Source: Dehalococcoidia bacterium
Lineage (GTDB): Bacteria; Chloroflexota; Dehalococcoidia; UBA6926
Direction: 5' to 3'
DNA length: 64,000 nucleotides
Assembly (NCBI GenBank): GCA_963666115.2
Contig: CAXXET010000004.1
Location: 64,001-128,000 of the forward strand
Part shown: piece by piece, positions 62,507-64,000 of the stretch
How the letters are laid out: each line of letters opens with the position of its first letter
Position numbering within the stretch: position 1 is the stretch's first letter
Notes under the pieces: model-generated
The model's database searches: none
What the model saw: the letters and a program-made list of their open reading frames with translations, nothing else
Told to the model about the DNA's origin: nothing
Program-made: the position numbers and the translations under genes

Positions 62507-62602
62507 GTATAGATTTGCTTTCCCGTTTCGCAATTGTGGGATACAGTAAACGGCAAGTATTGTCGATTCGCTAAGGGGTTTCTCCCGGGGAGGACGGTTC
62601 AG

Positions 62603-63331
62603 GTGAGCAACAACGTTCCACTTTCTATCGCGGCGGCTGCGGCATTGGTTCTCGCCATCATCGCGGGCGGCGCGGGGTATCTCTCGCAGCAGGGAACCAT
62701 CAGCGGCCTTGAGGACGACAAGGCAGCGCTTGAAAGCGACAAGTCGGCGCTTGAGGGTCAGGTGGGCGATCTTGCCGCCATCACCGCGTTCGGCGGCGGT
62801 GTCAATCAGAAGTCGATGCCCACCATGACCGGCGGCGTAGCCCACGTGATGGACGAGTCCTTCGCGTTCAGCACGGAGTTCGCCATGTGCCGCGTCGATA
62901 CCAACTTCGCCGACTTCCTGATGCCCACAAACCAGTTGGGTGAGATTCCCATCGATGCCAACACCTTCTTCATGGCCATGTCGTCCACAACCGTCGACTC
63001 CTACGAGATTTCCACCAATGCGGACGGCTCGACGCAGGTTGTCCTCACGGGAACGCTGGACTGCTTCACGGAAGTCGACCTCACCGAAAACGCCCTGGTG
63101 CCCGACGAGTTCAAGGCCGTCCACGGCAGCCGCGTGAACCCGGAGCCCGCCGACTACCGCGTGACCGCCGTTGATCGCGGCGAAGGCGGCGGCGCGGCAG
63201 GCGACACGTTCGAGTTCACGACGTACTTCGACCCGAACGACGCGCCGTTCAATCACGCAGTCTTCGGGCCGGAGTTCACCTTCACCGGCAACATGTCGGT
63301 CGGTGAAATCACCGTCCTGGACGTAGACTAA
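62603..63331 (+). CDS. Membrane-anchored or secreted acidic hypothetical protein
   Basis: GGAGG then GTG 62603; N-terminal hydrophobic helix, short heptad repeat (LEDDKAA/LESDKSA), beta-rich Met/Cys/His-containing domain. Confidence 0.7.
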   Translation: MSNNVPLSIAAAAALVLAIIAGGAGYLSQQGTISGLEDDKAALESDKSALEGQVGDLAAITAFGGGVNQKSMPTMTGGVAHVMDESFAFSTEFAMCRVDTNFADFLMPTNQLGEIPIDANTFFMAMSSTTVDSYEISTNADGSTQVVLTGTLDCFTEVDLTENALVPDEFKAVHGSRVNPEPADYRVTAVDRGEGGGAAGDTFEFTTYFDPNDAPFNHAVFGPEFTFTGNMSVGEITVLDVD

Positions 63332-63346
63332 ACCGCTCCCAGAAGT

Positions 63347-63380
63347 CCCCTCTCCCTGGGGGAGAGGGTTAGGGTGAGGG
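63347..63380. repeat. CCCTCTCCC..GGGAGAGGG..GGGTGAGGG palindromic repeat (second copy at 33201-33234)
   Basis: cccctctccctgggggagagggttagggtgaggg; contains the miaB stop codon. Confidence 0.8.
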
Positions 63381-64000
63381 GGCCGTCACGCCCCCCAGCG
63401 ACCACGGCCCCGCGCGCGTAACCTCAACGTCCACCACGCGCCCCTCGAGCTCGGCGTTCTCCGCGCCCTGCACGTGAACGATCTTGTTCGTCCGCGTCCT
63501 GCCCGTCCACGACTCCTTGACGCGCCGCTCGATCAACACTTCCTGCCACGTTCCGGCAAGGGGCGCGTTCAGAGAAGTGGCGATGCCCTCCTGCAGCTCC
63601 TCAACGGCCTTGCGCCGCTGGATCTTCACCGCCGGCGGAACATCATCCACCAGCTTGCGGTCGGCGATCGTGCCCGGCCGTGTCGAGTACGGCGCGACGT
63701 GTACGACGTCGAACTTCACCTGCTCCAGCACGTCCATCGTCTGCCGGAACTCCTCGTCCGTCTCGCCGCAGAACCCGACAATGACATCGGTGCTGATCGC
63801 CACCCCCGGGATGGTCTCCCGCGCCCGCTCGATAAGCCTCAAATAGTCCGCGATGATGTACGGCCGCCGCATCCGCTCCAGCACCTCGTCTGACCCCGCC
63901 TGGAACGGCAGATTGAGATGCTCGCACGCCTTCGGGAGGTCCGCCACGGCATCGAGTATCCGTTGCGTCATGTCGCGCGGGTGGGACGTCAGGAATCGGA
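63369..64000 (-). CDS. miaB: tRNA methylthiotransferase MiaB, 5' part beyond the window
   Basis: FLTSHPRD, LPFQAGSDEVLERMRR, STDVIVGFCGET, YSTRPGT, C-terminal TRAM domain. Confidence 0.92.
   Translation of the reverse strand, partial: RFLTSHPRDMTQRILDAVADLPKACEHLNLPFQAGSDEVLERMRRPYIIADYLRLIERARETIPGVAISTDVIVGFCGETDEEFRQTMDVLEQVKFDVVHVAPYSTRPGTIADRKLVDDVPPAVKIQRRKAVEELQEGIATSLNAPLAGTWQEVLIERRVKESWTGRTRTNKIVHVQGAENAELEGRVVDVEVTRAGPWSLGGVTAPSP

Noticed and set aside
1-64000. tRNA, rRNA or riboswitch
   Set aside because: None recognised by eye; a covariance-model scan would be needed to exclude small ncRNAs.

Overview
GC-rich bacterial chromosome segment. Its gene content (giant cadherin/FN3 adhesins, a sup-type PKS operon, CGTC/GTAG palindromic repeats) suggests a sponge-associated Chloroflexota (Dehalococcoidia/SAR202-like) genome; this is inference, not shown. 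Left to right: a >2,300-aa cadherin/FN3 surface protein that runs off the left edge and is missing from the ORF track; a KID-repeat coiled-coil membrane protein; a ~2,600-aa repeat adhesin; a repeat-bracketed VapBC pair; a methyltransferase, MarR and SulP; a sup-type PKS operon (KS-AT-DH-MT-ER-KR-ACP-KS split by one extra C, then ACP, PPTase and alpha/beta-hydrolase); a type I R-M locus loaded with cargo genes and a truncated hsdR; a DUF262+HEPN pair; a metallopeptidase lipoprotein; addAB; a CoA-transferase, DUF429 and crotonase; an RlmD-Maf fusion; a degenerate serine recombinase; a second VapBC pair; rplU-rpmA-rpmE-DUF1385; a sulfite-oxidase-family enzyme; and partial miaB. The best leads are the translationally coupled defence cargo inside the R-M operon with visible insertion scars, palindromic repeats absorbed into proteins and bracketing cargo genes, a C15 tract in a promoter spacer, two apparent non-AUG starts in the ribosomal-protein operon, and strand-specific G-depleted patches at cargo junctions. 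All family assignments come from motif recognition; no database searches were run.
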